From the NCBI RefSeq assembly GCF_963921235.1, contig NC_086109.1, forward strand, positions 14,014,001 to 14,078,000: a stretch of 64,000 bases of DNA. Direction: 5' to 3'. Shown here piece by piece: positions 1 to 13,334 of the stretch. Numbering within the stretch: the stretch's first letter is position 1; each line of letters begins with the position of its first letter. The notes under the pieces were generated by a model that saw only the letters and a program-made list of their open reading frames with translations, did no database searches and was not told the origin of the DNA. The stretch is from Mobula hypostoma (lineage: Eukaryota). The translations under genes and the position numbers were made by a program.

Positions 1-530
1 GCGGCCACAAAGCAAAGAAACCCAGTAGAACCCATTTAAAAAAAAGAAAACCGTCAAACACCCAATGTGCAGACAAAAAAAACAAATCATGCAAGCAATA
101 AGAGTAAGCAAATAACATTCAGGACTGAAGTTCATGAGCGTGAGCCCACAGCCATGAAACCAGTCACAGCTGATCTTGGAGTGAGTTCGTTGCAGGCCAC
201 AGCCTCAGTTCAGCGCAGAGATGAGTAAATCTTGCAGAACAGTGAGTTGAACGCCAGTCTGTCCCTTGCCTCCCTCACTTCTTCGATCTGGCCCGGCACT
301 TAAATCAGCTAAACCTCGGGTCGTTCCTTGCTCTCAGACCTGGGCCTGGCCCACCACCTCCACTCTGCCTCACCTCTATTCACCTCGCCTCAGTTCTGCT
401 GCTTCGAACTGCCTCCAAGTCTGCTTCAGAAATGGCTCAGACCCCACTCTCAGGCCTGGGCCCTACCTCCTTGCTTAAGCCCATGCTTACACTTGCACTT
501 CTGTGATTTTTCACATCTGTGCGCGTGAGC
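1..530 (-). repeat. Dispersed non-autonomous repeat family, also at about 56190-56690 and 58515-58970
   Basis: Shared blocks gccac(a)aag..aagaaaccc, ccaatgtg, cagttcagcgcagagctgagtaaa and atctggcccggcac in all three places. Confidence 0.65.
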
Positions 531-1077
531 CTTGGCTCGACTCATCTGAATGATGCCTTCTCTAAAGCACTCTGGAGTTTCAGCACCGACACTCTCATTT
601 TGGGGTGGCACCCAAAGCCCTGAATTTCCAGGATCTGGCAGAAGTGCCTCTAATGCGCTCAGTACCGGGATAAAATTTCAGCCTAGAAAGAGGTCAAGAT
701 CTTTCATTAACTAATGAGCGTGGGAATTTTGCACAAGTCTGTTAGCCATTGCACTAAAAATAGCAATCGGGAACTTCAGCCCTCCAATGTAAATAAACTC
801 TATTTAGGCTTAAATAAAAGCTCAGCTGACTCTAATTCCCTGATCTACTGCACAATAATAACATGCTTAAATATAAAGCCATCACTTAAATAAGCATCCT
901 GTTAGGGAAACAATTAATTAAAAGAATGACTCCCCTTGCAGAAAGCTGCAAGTACAGGTTGGTGATATTCCTGTGCTTTATCGAGCTGATGTGGATTAAG
1001 TTGTATCTCTCCAATGTAGAATATCAAATGGGAACAGTACAGATAATTTAAAGGAAAATATAGCATTAACCCAACTC

Positions 1078-1525
1078 TTTATATTCTGTCTGGATAGCCT
1101 CCAACGAGATGGCATGAACGTCGATTTCTCGAACGTGGTAATTGCCTTCTTCTCCAGCACCAGCCCCCCCCCCACCCCACTTTCAGCATTCCCCATTCCT
1201 ATTTCTCTCTTACTTTATCAACTTCCTCTGGTACTCCTCCTCCTTCCCTTTCTTCCATGATCTTCTGACTTCCCCTATCAGATTCCCCCTCTTCCAGCCC
1301 TTGATCTCTTTCGTCAATCAACTTCCCAGCTCTTTACTTCACCTCCCCTCCTCCCAGCTTCACCTATCACCTACTACCTTGTACTTCTTCCTCCCCTCCC
1401 CTCACTTTCTTCCTCTGACCTCGTTTGTCTTGAAGGGTCTCAGCCCGAAATGTCGATTGTTTACTCTTTTCCGTTGATGCTGCCTGGTCTGCTGAATTCC
1501 CTCCAGAAGTTTGTGTGTGTTGCTT
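1078..1525 (+). mobile_element. Penelope-like element 3' fragment
   Basis: Encodes IFCLDSLQRDGMNVDFSN (GIY-YIG C-terminal end), then a pyrimidine-rich tract, a decayed hammerhead (gaagggtctcagcccgaaatgtcgattg) and the family tail gatgctgcctgg...gtgtgtgttgct. Confidence 0.7.
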
Positions 1526-1635
1526 CGGCATTAATAGGTTCGTTCGGACTATCTCTCTTATACAATCCTCCACCCGCTGAGCAAATCCCTGCTCTGTGGG
1601 GGTGCACGTCCATAGCACTATCTGTCTTTGGGGCT

Positions 1636-1935
1636 TCAGGTGGCACAGTGGATTAGCAGTTGGCATAACTAGTGCTAGTAACCAGGGTTCAATTCTCGCT
1701 GCTGTCAGTAAGGAGTTTGTACATTCTCCCCATAACTGCATGGGTTGGTTCCAGTTTCCACTCACGTTCCAAAGACATATGGGTCACTAACTTGTGGGCA
1801 TGCTGTGGTGGTACTGGAGAATGTGACTGTTGCCAGCTGTCCCCAGTGTGTTATCAAACTGTGTTTGTTGTTGATTCAAATGTTGTGTTGTATGTTTCAT
1901 AGTAAAATGACAAAACTAATGTTTAACCTTTATCT
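1636..1935 (+). mobile_element. V-SINE/HE1-like tRNA SINE; further copies at about 7920-8195 (+), 18230-18460 (-), 37345-37655 (-), 46835-47130 (-), 59300-59515 (-), 59830-60135 (-), 63408-63640 (-)
   Basis: ggtggcacagtgg..gggttcaattc..ctgtc(t)gtaaggagtttgtacattctcccc...ccagtttcc..cattccaaagac core repeated across the window. Confidence 0.7.
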
Positions 1936-2529
1936 ACAAAGCCCTTCCATACATGTGGTTGGCATTAATGAGGAAAATTAGTGATGGGGTCTGGGGGAGA
2001 TGGGTGAGTCACAGACCCACCTTTACGACACAGATTTTGTTGAAACATAATGAGACACAGCAACTCTTCAACTAATGACTGTTCAGCAGCAGCTACATTC
2101 CTTCAAACATCTAGTTCTTGAACTGACCTTCTCACCTCTAACCCTAGCTCAGCACGGGGTCGAGTGGGGCAAGAAATCATCCATGATTGAATGGTGGGGT
2201 AGACTTGATGGGCCAAATGGCCCAACTCTGTTCCTATGACTTGTGGCCTTTATGTCTTATGATCAGAAATGGAGCGCTACGGACCACCTCTTGCACTATC
2301 ACAGACTTGTTTCTGACTGAGTTGTCTTGTTGTGCTAATGTCTTGATTTGCACCATCTTCACCATCTTGTACTCTTTATGAATAATTGATGTACAACTTG
2401 TATCTACATTCCTGTGATGTTTCTATAAGTAAGATTTCATTGTACCTGTACCTCACCATACTTGTGCATATGGTAATAAATTCAACTTGCTTTCCTCCCC
2501 ATACAATGAGAAGTGCCTCATTTATTGAA

Positions 2530-2932
2530 TAGACAATAGGTGCAGGAGTAGGCCATTCGGCCCTTCAAGCTAGCACCGCCATTCACTGTGATCATGGCTG
2601 ATCATCCACAATCAGTATCCAGTTCCTGCCTTATCCCCATAACCTTTGATTCTGCTATCTTTAAGAGCTCTACCCATCTCTTTCTTGAAAGCATCCAGAG
2701 ACTTGGCCTCCACAGCCTTCTGGGGCAGAGCATTCCACATAGCCACCACTCTCTGGGTGAAAAAGTTTTTCCTCAACTCCGTTCTAAATGGCCTGCCCCT
2801 TACTCTTAAACTGTGGCCTCTGGTTCTGGACTCACCCATCAGCGGGAACATGCTTCCTGCCTCCAGCATGTTCAATCCCTTAATAATCTTATATGGTTCA
2901 ATCAGATCCCCTCTCATCCTTCTAAATTCCAG
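2530..2932 (-). mobile_element. CR1 LINE 3' end
   Basis: ORF 2612-2917 RGDLIE..SRTRGHSL..NFFTQRVVAMWNALP plus a CR1 3' UTR. Confidence 0.9.
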
Positions 2933-3394
2933 TGTATTTGGCTATGAAAGTGCTTTGGCTATGAAAAGGTGCCATGAAAATGCCAAGTCTTTCACTCTTT
3001 TGTATTGTGCAGGTAGAACTTGGTACAATTTCAAGATTAAACCTACAAACTTTGTGACTTGATGTTCAATGCTGCAATTAGGGGGGAGGTACAGGAGCCT
3101 AAAGACACACACTCAGCATTTTAGGATCAGCTTATTTGCCTCCGTTATCAGTTTTCTGAACGGACAATGAACCAGCTGATGAACAATACCTCACTGCTTT
3201 AGTGCTCTTTTTCCTACTTATTTAATTTAACTGTATATATGTATGTGTGTATGTATATGATCATAATTTATGGTTTTATTATGCGATGCACCGTACTGCT
3301 GTGAAACAAATTTCGCGACATAAGTCGGTGATATTAGATGAGACTCTGATTCTGAATAAAAATAGTCTATGTTCCAATGGTGTACTTATCTTAG

Positions 3395-3640
3395 GGAAGG
3401 GCGGGGCTGAACTCTTGTCCTTACAGCTGCCGTTGTCTTTGGAAAGCGCCGTGTCTCGAGTACTGCTCGCTCTCAGGTGCTGAAACCCGCCTGAGTTTCT
3501 GGTATCAGTTTGTGAGACTAATGAATAATTGCGCACAAGGCCAGATACCATCGCGGTAGGCGCGGTGTATGCAGATGGTAGCGTGCAGGAGGATGCTGTC
3601 GAGATGAGACTTCCGATAATTTGAAGTCTGACCGAGAGAA
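3395..3640 (+). promoter_or_regulatory. Small CpG-rich promoter-like patch with Sp1-type GC box
   Basis: gggcggggc at about 3399-3407, locally many CpGs in a CpG-poor window, non-repetitive, and containing a splice donor. Confidence 0.45.
3521..3555 (+). CDS. Candidate distal alternative first coding exon of the SoxD gene (MNNCAQGQIPSR)
   Basis: ATG 3521 to donor GCG|gtaggc after 3555 is 35 nt, phase 2, in frame with exon 62197. It lies in a CpG-rich unique patch downstream of a GC box. Confidence 0.4.
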
Positions 3641-5056
3641 GGATGGGTTGTTGTTTCCTCTTATATGTTAGTTATGTGGGGGGAGAAAAAGAACAAAATT
3701 GTTCGTGGAAGAATGTGTTTATCTTTTAAACTCAAGGTCTTATCTTATCCCTCCACATCTTGTGCTAAAGTTAAACTCCTTGTTCTATTATTTTCTTTCT
3801 ATACATACTTTTTTACTTATTTCAAGACACTTTTATAAATTGTGAGATTATATTATATCTTTTCCCGCTCAGCATACAACTGGTGGTCGTGTCTTTGCCC
3901 TCCCGAGTCCCACAGCATGGAGCTCCTCTTTACCAATTGGACCATCCATATTCCTGAAGCGTGATCATTTAGTTCTGTCACTGAGCAAAATCGCACAGAG
4001 CACTCACCTTAACACATTGGACTTCCAGAGTCTGCAGTTTTTTGCTTCTGTTTTGAATGGCAAATTTTCCTTTTAAGTATTTTTTTTTTGGTAATGAAAT
4101 GGAACAACCGGTAGTGTTTGGTAGCTCAAAAAGTCCAGATCTGATCAGTTAATTTCATTTTCGTATTTTTCACTTAATCTCTCTCATTTGGTGGCACGTT
4201 CTCACTTGTTAGCTTCTCTTGCTAGTTCCTCAAAATCTACCTCATCAAATTCCTCTTTGGCCATTCTCATGTGAACACTAAAGTGTCGGGTCTTTCCCTA
4301 ATTATGTCTCAGACGATCAGGGTCCCTGACTAATTGGTGTGTTACATTATTCTAATTCTTCTGCCTACTCCTTGCCTATTTTGCTCTCACTCGCTGTGTA
4401 TGTGCTCTTAACTGTTCCACGTTTATGTTCTAGTCTACTTGCATCCTGTCCATCTCTTTCCCGTACCCGTACTAATTTAATAACTTAATTCATTTCATTC
4501 AATTTCACATTATTTAAGTCAGTGATAATAAATTTGATGTTGAACTCTGTGTCTAATTTGTCTGTGAGGTATGTTGCTTTCACTGGATGCTCCAGTTTTC
4601 CTCCGGCGTCCCAAAGAAATGCTAGTTGTTGTTGTTCCTCTCTATGGCGTATTTGGTGGCAACCCTGCCGTCTCTTTAGCACTTGTCTGTCTTTTACGAG
4701 CTCGAGTTGCTAGCTCAACCCAGCACAGACGGAAAGCGTGCAAGGAGCTGGCTGAATGGCTGGCTTCGAACCTGGGACCAATTCGCTTTCAGGTCTGGTG
4801 CAGTTGTCACTAAACCATCGGCCGGATTGGTGGATTGATTAGTTTCTGCAAATTACCCTTTGCTTGGGTCCGTGATGGGGAAATCACTATGGAACTGAGA
4901 GGGAAATAAGTCGAGAAATATGACAATGGCATTATTGGTTGAGATGTGAAATTGGCATTCCCAAACTACTAAACATGGTTGAGTTAGTTTTGATAGTCAA
5001 AGTAACAGCCGATAAACTACCATATCACCTTGTTAATGAGTAACAGCAAGGAACTT

Positions 5057-5794
5057 GCTTTCTTTTTAAATCTTTTTATTGAATTAGTACACAAAGAATA
5101 AAACATATAGCAACCAATACATTGTTAGGATATAAAAATACAAGTAATATTAATACAAAAAAAATGCAAACAACGTAAGTTAATTATAGAATAACAAGGT
5201 AATATAAATGTATACTAATTTTCCATATATACCAGTAGAACGAGAAAAATAAAACAAAAAACAAAAACCTACCATGCAACTAACCTACAAAGCAAAGCAA
5301 TGGGCTAACTAGGTAAATAGTAAACTTGAACAAATTAAACAATCACGTCCTCAAACCCGACCTCTGCTAACGACAGATAAATTCCACGAAGGGAATGCAT
5401 GTATGGTCAGAGATGGAAAAAAAATAGTTACATTAAATGAAAATATTGAATAAAAGATCTCCAGGTCTGTTCAAATTTAACTGAAGTACCATAAAGATTA
5501 CTTCTGATTTTTTCCAAGTTTAGACACAGTATCGTTTGAGAGAACCAAAAAACGTAGTTGGGGCATTAATCTCTTTCCAATGTTGTAAAATACATCTTTT
5601 CGCCATTAAAGTAAGAAATGCAATCATTCTACGCGCTGAAGGGGATAAATTACTAGAAGTTTTAGGTAATCCAAAGATAGCAGTAATAGGATGGGGAGAA
5701 ATATCACTATTCAAAACCTTTGAGATAATATTAAAAATGTCTTTCCAAAAAGTTTCCAGAGTAGGACAAGACCAAAACATGTGGGTCAAGGAAG
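5057..5794 (-). mobile_element. L1-clade LINE 3' end (ORF2 C-terminus, 3' UTR, A-rich tail)
   Basis: LTHMFWSCPTLETFWKDIF...AKRCILQHWK (L1 cysteine-rich C-terminus). T-rich tail with tttattg on the + strand. 12-bp TSD agcaaggaactt at 5045-5056 and 5795-5806. Confidence 0.85.
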
Positions 5795-6182
5795 AGCAAG
5801 GAACTTTCAACATTCAAAATAAATTTATTGTCAAAGTATGTATATGTCACCATATACTACCCTGAGATTAATTTTCTTGCAGGCATTCACAGTAGAAGAA
5901 AAAATACAATAATGTGAATGAAAAACTACACAAAAACTGACAAATAATTAATGTGTAAAAGAAGACAAGCTGTGCAAATACAATAATAAATCAATAAATA
6001 AACAATACTGTGAATATGAGTTGTAGAGTCCTTGAAAGTGATTCCACAGGTTGCAGAATCAGGTCAGTGTTGTGGTGAGTGAAGTTACCCACACTGGGTC
6101 AGGAGCCTTGTGAGGTTATCTAACAATCTGCTCTTTAGCAAGCAAACAGCAAAACATTGTAGATACTGAGAAGTTGTAATAA

Positions 6183-6495
6183 GGGCCGGCTGGTGGTGCA
6201 AAGACATCGGCGCCGGACCCGAGAGCGGAGATTCCCGGGTTCGAATCCAGTCGGATCCGCCCCCGAGCAGGCTTTACATCCATGCCGGGTTGAGTGTCGA
6301 GATCACAACTGGACCTCATAAAATAAAAGGGGAAGTATTGCAAAGATGTCTGTGTGAGGATTGGCGCGCCACACAGTCTCCCTCTCGCTCAGCGCCTTGT
6401 AAAAGCCATGAAAAAGACATCATCACGGACGCACGCATGCACACGTACAGACTCGCACACATGCAGGCACACGCCAAAAAAAAAGAAAGAAAGAA
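6183..6495 (+). mobile_element. tRNA-derived SINE with A-rich tail
   Basis: ggccggctggtggtgcaa..., B box gggttcgaatcc, A-rich tail. A related minus-strand copy is at about 4640-4826. Confidence 0.7.
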
Positions 6496-6914
6496 AAGTT
6501 GAAATTTTAAAAAATGAAATTCCTGGGAATATGCATTAGGTTTGTCAGCATCTGTGGAGAGAGAAACAGGGAATTGATGCTTCAGCTTGTTAACAAGCTA
6601 TCGCATTGCTTGTTGCCCAGTGCCAGTGTTGATTCCTTTATTAAGCTGCTTGTTTCAGCATTATATGCCCTGGCCTTCGTCTTTAGAAACTTCCCCTCCA
6701 GTTTGCTGCAGTGTAACCTGTACAGGTCAATGTTTTGCTCTGGATCTTTCTTGAAGCATTTTTGCTGCTTCAGCTTGATGGTAGTCCTTGCAGATATAAT
6801 GAAAGCTGATTATAGTGGAGCCATCTTCTCTGGGGAACATTGCATGCCTGGAAATATCAAAAGAGAATGTCCAAAACGCTCATCCGGTGAAAGACTGTTC
6901 ATTCCACCAGGGAA

Positions 6915-7435
6915 TCAAAATTGGATTGATTATCACTGACATGTGTCATGAAATTTGTTGTTTTGTGGCAGCAGTACAGTGCAACACAAAAAAATTGCTA
7001 TAAGTTACAAGAAATGTATGAAAGGATTAGTGAGGTAATGTTCATGAATGATTCAGAAATCTGATGGCAGAGGGGAAAGAAGCTGTTCCTAAAACGCCAT
7101 GTCTCAGTCTTCAGGCTCCTGTACCTCCTCCCGGACGTTAGCAATGAGAAGAGGACATCTCTCGGATGGTGAGGGTCATGAATGATGGATGCTGCCTTCT
7201 TGAGACATGACATTTAGAAGATGCCCAAGATGGCGGGGAGGGTTGCATGCATGATGGACCAGGCTGAGTCTACAAGCCTCTGCGGCTTCTTCCCCATCCT
7301 GCGCTCTGGCCCCTCCATAACGTGCAGGGATGCAACCTGTCACAATGCTCTGCACTGCGCCTCCGTAGAGATCTGCTGGAGTCTTTGATGACATACCAAA
7401 TTTCCTCAAACTCCTAATGAACTATAGGCGCTGGC
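6915..7435 (-). mobile_element. Rex1/Babar-like LINE 3' fragment
   Basis: MRKFGMSSKT..IVTGCI..YG; DPHHP..LLTSGRRYRSLK..FRNSFFP. Confidence 0.8.
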
Positions 7436-8767
7436 ATGCAGAAGGGTTGGGAGGGGCGAGATAAGACAGGGAGGGTGAAGGGTGAGTTTCTCAGCTGGTA
7501 CTGATGTTCACAGAGCCACCTTGATAACTGCAGAAAGAAGTTTATTGGAGAAGTGAAACACGGCCTTGTAAAAGCCATAAAATGCAGGTCTGAGCAGCGC
7601 TGAAACCTGAAGCCCAAGGTGAATGTTGGAATGGGCAGAAGGAAAATTCTGAGTTAAAGATGGACAATTGGACAACTGTACAACATAAGTGGCCATTTCT
7701 GGTACCAGGAGAAAACATGCAATTGATGCATTTGATATTGACATCTGAAAGCTACAAGTTGCCCAGCTGGAAGGTGGAAGGCCTTACACTGCCCTTTGTT
7801 GTAGGTGTGCCAAAGGTACAGATAGAGGGGTCAGAGGGGGAGGGGGAATTAAAATGACCTGAGCATTTCCAGCGTCTTCTGCTTTTATTTTGGCTGCAGC
7901 ATCGAGCAACAAGCAAACAAGGTGGCACAGTAGTGCAGCGGTTGGCACAAAGCTTTAAAGCAGCGTGTGTGAGATAGGATTCAATTCCCGCCGCTGTCTG
8001 TAAGGAGTTTGTACCTACTCCCCGTGACAGAATGGATGTCCTCTGGGAGCTCACACATTCCAAAGACATGCAGATAGGGGTATGCTATGTTGGTACCGGA
8101 AATGTGGTGGCACTTGCGGGCCCAACACACTCCCCACTGATTTGGTTTGATGCATTTCACTGTATGGTTCGATGTACATATGACAAATAAAGTTACTCTC
8201 TTTAAGTCTCTTTAAACTCTTTTTTTTGTTTAAAAAAACACACAATCTGCTGGAGTAAATCAGCTGACTGACCAGCAACTGTGAGAGGGGAATGGAATTG
8301 TTGAGGTTTCTACCCACAACTCTGCATCACGGCTAACTCCTTCTTCCCCCACGGATGTTCTGAACCTGCTGACTCCCTCCAGTGGATTGTTCACTGTCTC
8401 CGGGTTCCAGTATCTGTAGTCTTTTCTGTTTCCGTCATCTACTGTGGGTTTTTTTGATTTTCCACTTACACCTTCTAGATTCTGCTTTGGCCTATAGCTT
8501 GGTACAATTTTGTCGCTCTGTCAGAACTGAACAAGTTAAATGTTGAACCCGGCACAGTCCCATAAATATTTTCCAAAGTAAATGTTTGGCTGGTTCAACG
8601 CCAATAACGTTACAAAAGTCTCATTTTATAGTTAAGCTTGAACCCAGAAATCCCTGTAAGAAAATAATTGCTGAAACCTTTTCATTGTTTTAACATGAAC
8701 TAGAAATTGTGTTTCCTTTTCCTGCAAACTAGGTTGGCTTTGGGATGCTCGTGCCTTGAGTAAATTT

Positions 8768-8783
8768 TGTGTGTGTGTGTGTG

Positions 8784-8827
<44 letters not shown>

Positions 8828-8832
8828 CGCGC
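8768..8832. repeat. (TG)n-(CG)n compound microsatellite
   Basis: About 65 bp of uninterrupted purine-pyrimidine alternation. Confidence 0.95.
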
Positions 8833-9129
8833 AACTATAGTTGGAATAATTTCATGCCTGTGAAGTGATGAGTTCAACAAGGCAAACCTGAGATCAGGTG
8901 CAATGCATTTTAACATTTGTGCACAATTCTCATTGTAGTGTGCAGTTTTTGCTGTCCTGTTACGTGGAGGGTGTGGAGGCTTTCGAAAGCGTGCTGAAGA
9001 GGTTCATTAGGATGCTGCCTCCATTTAGTGGGTGAGAGCTATAAGGGAATATTGGGCAAACTTGGATTGCTTTCTCTCAAGCAGTAGAAGCTGTGATAGA
9101 AGTTTATAAATCTTTCTCCCAGGGTAGAA

Positions 9130-9750
9130 TCTGAGGATCTAACCTGGAACCAACATATCAATGCAGCTACAAAGAAGGCGTGGCAGTGGCTATGTTTCAT
9201 TAGGAGCTTGAGGAGATTTCAGATGTCATCAAAGACGCTCAGAAATTTCTACAGATGTACCGTGGAGAGCATCCTGACCGGCTGCATCGCCGTCTGGTAT
9301 GGTGGGGGGCGGGGGGGGGGGACTGCACAGAATCAAAATAAGCTGCAGAGAGATGTAAACTTAGTCAATTCCATCAGGATCGCTAGCTTCTGTAGGATCG
9401 AGGACATCTTCGGGGTCGATGCCTCAAAAAGGTGGCGCCCATCATTTAAGGGCCCTTTCACCCAAGTCATGCTACCATCAGGAAGGAGGTACAGAAGCCT
9501 GAAGGCACACACTCAACAATTCAGGAACAGCTTCTTCCCCTCTGTCATCTGATTTCTGAATGGACGTTGAATCCATCAACACTGCCCCACTACTTTTTTA
9601 TCTTTGCATTACTTATTTAATTTAAACATTTTATTTCACTTTTTCTTCTATTATAAGTATTGCATTGTACTGCTGCTGCTAAGACAACAAATTTCGTGGA
9701 ATATGCCATGAAATTATGTCGGTGATATTAAACCGGACTCTGATTCTGAA
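9130..9750 (+). mobile_element. Rex1/Babar-like LINE 3' fragment
   Basis: ORF 9208-9552 NFYRCTVESILTGCIAVWYG..LPSGRRYRSL..FRNSFFP; tail ctgattctga. Confidence 0.85.
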
Positions 9751-9819
9751 ATGGTGAGTACTAAGGGGCATGAATTTAAGGCGAGAGGGGGAAAGTTTAA
9801 AGGTGCAACAGTATCTCAT

Positions 9820-10440
9820 TAAAACCCGTTGAATATTGAAAGGCCTAGGTAGAGTGGATGTGGAGAAGTCTAGGACCAGAGGGCAGCCTTAGAGTAGAAG
9901 GGCATCCCTTTAGAACACAGATGTGGAATAATTTCATTAGCCAGAAGGTGGTGAATCTGGGGAATTCATTGTCAGAGGCAGCTGTGGATGCCAAGTCACT
10001 GGGATTTTTAAAGAGGAGGTTGATAGTTTCTTCATTTGTAAAGGCATCAAAGGTTACAGGGAGAAGGCAGGGGGATGGGCATTGAGAGGGTTAATAAATC
10101 AGCCATGATGGAATGTCAGAGCAGACTCAATGGGTCAGATGGCCTAATTCTGCTCCTATGTCATATGATCTTGGGACATGAATTTAAAGTGAGAGGAAGA
10201 GAGTTTAAGAGATGTGCAGGACAAGTTTTTTTTAAACACAGTGGTGTGGGTACCTGGAATGAATTGGCAGGTGTGGTAAGGGATGCAAATATAGTAGAAG
10301 CATTTAAGTGACTTTTAGACAGAGAAATTAATATGCAGGGAATGGAGGGCTATAGATTATGTACTGACAGAAGTGACACTGGCTTTGTGTGAGGTACAGA
10401 TGTTGCGGGCTGAAAAGCTTCTCCCTGTGCTGTACAGTTC
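9820..10440 (+). mobile_element. Two adjacent CR1 3' fragments
   Basis: NNFISQKVVNLGNSL; 3' UTR aatgg..gatggcctaattctgctcctatg; GHEFKVRG..WNEL. Confidence 0.75.
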
Positions 10441-11130
10441 CAATGTTGTTGTTTGAATGGAGACTGCCTCATCCTCACAAACCCTTCCCAAAAATCTCAA
10501 CAGAAATAAATCCTTGTCCGTGTTTGAGATCAGCATTCTTTCAAAGAATCTATATACAGTTAGCTCAATACTGCCGCTCAGGCTCTCAGGTCATCTTCCA
10601 CCAGTTTCTTAAACAATCTCCCTCAAAAAACTTTATTCAACTACACTCCCAAACTGTGGAACTCAATGCTTAACACTGTAAGGGATGTGGACTCAGTTGA
10701 TACTTTTAAATGCCTGTTAAAAAAACCTATTTATTTAACCTAGCTTTTAACTAACTTAATTTTGTCTTTTATTTTCATGTTTGCACTTTATCCCATTGTA
10801 AAGCATTTTGAATGCCTTCATTTATATGTAAAGTGCTCTATAAATAAGGTTTTTGTTATCATTATTACTTTAGCTACTAATGAAGGATATTAAAGGTGTA
10901 ACCACGACCCTAATGTAGGAAACGTGGCAATCAATGTGTGCACAAAATAATAATGCTGAATTTATGTTTAGTAATAGCTTAGCTTATGTTTGGTAATGTT
11001 GAGTATCTTGTTGAGAATCTTGCCTCAATTTATTGGGTATATCTGGCCTCCGCCTTTTTTGATTATAGTACCGTGGGAACTTCTCAAGATCCACACAAGA
11101 AAGCAGATAATCAGAAGTTCAAAGTACATA

Positions 11131-12195
11131 CAGTGGCATGCAAAAGTTTGGTACCCCGATCAGAATTTCTGTTACTGTGAATAGCTAAGCGAGTAAAAGA
11201 TGAGCTGATTTCCAAAAGGGATAAAGTTAAAGATGACACATTTCTTTAATATTTTAAGCAAGAAAACATTTTTATTTCCATCTTTTACAGTTTCAAAATA
11301 ACAAAAAAAGAAAAGGTCCCAAAGCAAAAGTTTGGGCACCCTGCATGGTCAGTACTTAGTAATACCCCCTTTGGCAAGTATCACAGCTTGTAAACGCTTT
11401 CTGTAGCCAGCTAAGAGTCTTTCAATTCTTGTTTTGGGGATTTTCGCCCAGTCTTCCTTGCAAAAGGCTTCTAGTTCTGTGAGATTCTTGGGTTGTCTTG
11501 CATGCACTGCTCTTTTGAGGTCTATCCACAGATTTTCGATGATGTTTAGGTCAGGGGACAGTGAGGGCCATGGCAAAACTTACAGCTTGCGCCTCTTGAG
11601 GTAGTCCATTGTGGATTTTGAGTGTGTTTAGGATCATTATCCTGTTGTAGAAGCCATCCTCTTTTCATCTTCGGCTTATTTACAGACGGTGTGATGTTTG
11701 CTTCCAGAATTTTCTGGTATTTAATTGAATTCATTCTTCCCTCTACCAGTGAAATGTTCCCCGTGCCACTGGCTGCAACACAAGCCCAAAGCATAATTGC
11801 TCCACCCCCATGCTTAACAGTTGGAGAGGGGTTCTTTTCATGAAATTCTGCACCCTTTTTTCTCCAAACATACCATTGCTCATTGCGGCCAAAAAGTTCT
11901 ATTCAAAAGGTTCAAAGGAACATCTAAACAAGCCTGATGCATTTTGGAAACAAGTCCTGTGGACTGATGAAGTTAAAATAATTTTGCCTAAACTTTTGCT
12001 TCGGGACATTGTCCTTTTTTTGTTATTTTGAAACTGTAAAAGATGGAAATAAGGAAGTTTTCTTGCTTAAAATATTAAAGAAACGTGTCACCTTTAACTT
12101 TATGCTTTTTGGAAATCAGTTCATCTTTCATTTGCTTAGCTATTCGCAGTAACAGAAATTTTGACCAGGGGTGCCTAAACTTTTGCATGCCACTG
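11131..12195 (-). mobile_element. Tc1/mariner DNA transposon, internally deleted, long (about 210 bp) TIRs
   Basis: TA|cagtggcatgcaaaagtttgg ... aaacttttgcatgccactg|TA. Minus-strand transposase remnants: TVKHGGGAIMLWAC, QQDNDPKHT, WPSLSPDLNIIENLW. Repeated caaaagtttgg motifs near both ends of the TIRs (IR/DR type). Confidence 0.92.
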
Positions 12196-12718
12196 TAAGC
12201 AGGGTTTTGTTCTCCTGTTGAGATCCTTGCTGAGATAAATGGATTAGCTGTGGTCTAATCAAATTTAACACTCTGCGACTGTGAATATTTAAGGAGAAAA
12301 TTTAACCAGCGACCATAGTTCTCAGACAAACAACGAAGTGGGAAAAGCAGCTAATGCATTTTCATCATCGTATTGCCGAAGAGCATTGCTGAGGCAGAGA
12401 TGTTTCAAAGGAGATTTGGGTGACACAGAGCCGTGCAGTGGAATACCAGTGCACGTTCATTCCAGGAAGGGGAACAAGCTTCACCCTAGATCCTACAGTT
12501 GTCATGATGTCTGCTTTAACTGTGCAAAGGTTCAGGATACCAACCTTAAAAAAAAATCTAATTTAAGAATCCTGATCAAGTAACAAGTTTGTTACTTGTC
12601 CACAAATGGAACTTTTAGTAAGATAAAGAAACAGTACTTTTATTACAGACTCAGTATATAGATGACTAAAGGGATGCTATTAATTTTTTTGGGGGGTGGG
12701 GTAGGGAAGATTCTGGCT

Positions 12719-12908
12719 CAACACACACAAAATGTTGGAGGAATTCAGCAATTCGGGCAGCATCTCTAGAGAGGAATAAACAGTCAATGTTTCAGGCTGA
12801 GACTATTCAAGACTATCCAGTCCTGATGAAGGGTCTATGCCTGAAAAATTGGCTCTTTATTCTGCTCTGTAGATGCCGACTGACCTGTTGAGTTTCTCCA
12901 GCATTTTA
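12719..12908. mobile_element. Older PLE fold-back fragment
   Basis: Inverted halves around 12815; contains a decayed hammerhead cagtcctgatgaagggtctatgcctgaaa. Confidence 0.6.
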
Positions 12909-13334
12909 ATAATAATAACAACAATAATAATGTTTTGTAGTTGTGTTGTTCTGCAGAACATGTGGTAGCATTTGCGGGCTGACCCCAGCACATCCTTACG
13001 ATGTGTTGGATGTCAACACAAAATGTCATATTTCACTGTATACTTGGATGTATATGAGAACAAAATCTGAAGGATAAGATTGCTTGAAATCAATTTCGCT
13101 CCCAGTTTGTGCCTCTTTCGGTAACTCCTTTGTAAACTTCATTATGTTTGCAACCTTGCAGCCGATATTGCTGGAACAAGTGATTTTTGTCATTGAGCTC
13201 ATAATTCTATTTCAACTCTTCCTGTTGAGATGACTTCAGATCTGATTTAAAGGCCTTCCCTTTGAAGGTAGAAAGCAGCGCTGTGGCAAACTAAACTAAT
13301 GTATTGTGGAGCTCATTTTATAATAATAATAATA

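Noticed and set aside
12818..12856. Hammerhead-like motifs here and at about 1427, 27451, 39580, 53173 and 54755
   Set aside because: The core, cleavage triplet or stem I is disrupted in each; treated as decayed copies rather than functional ribozymes.
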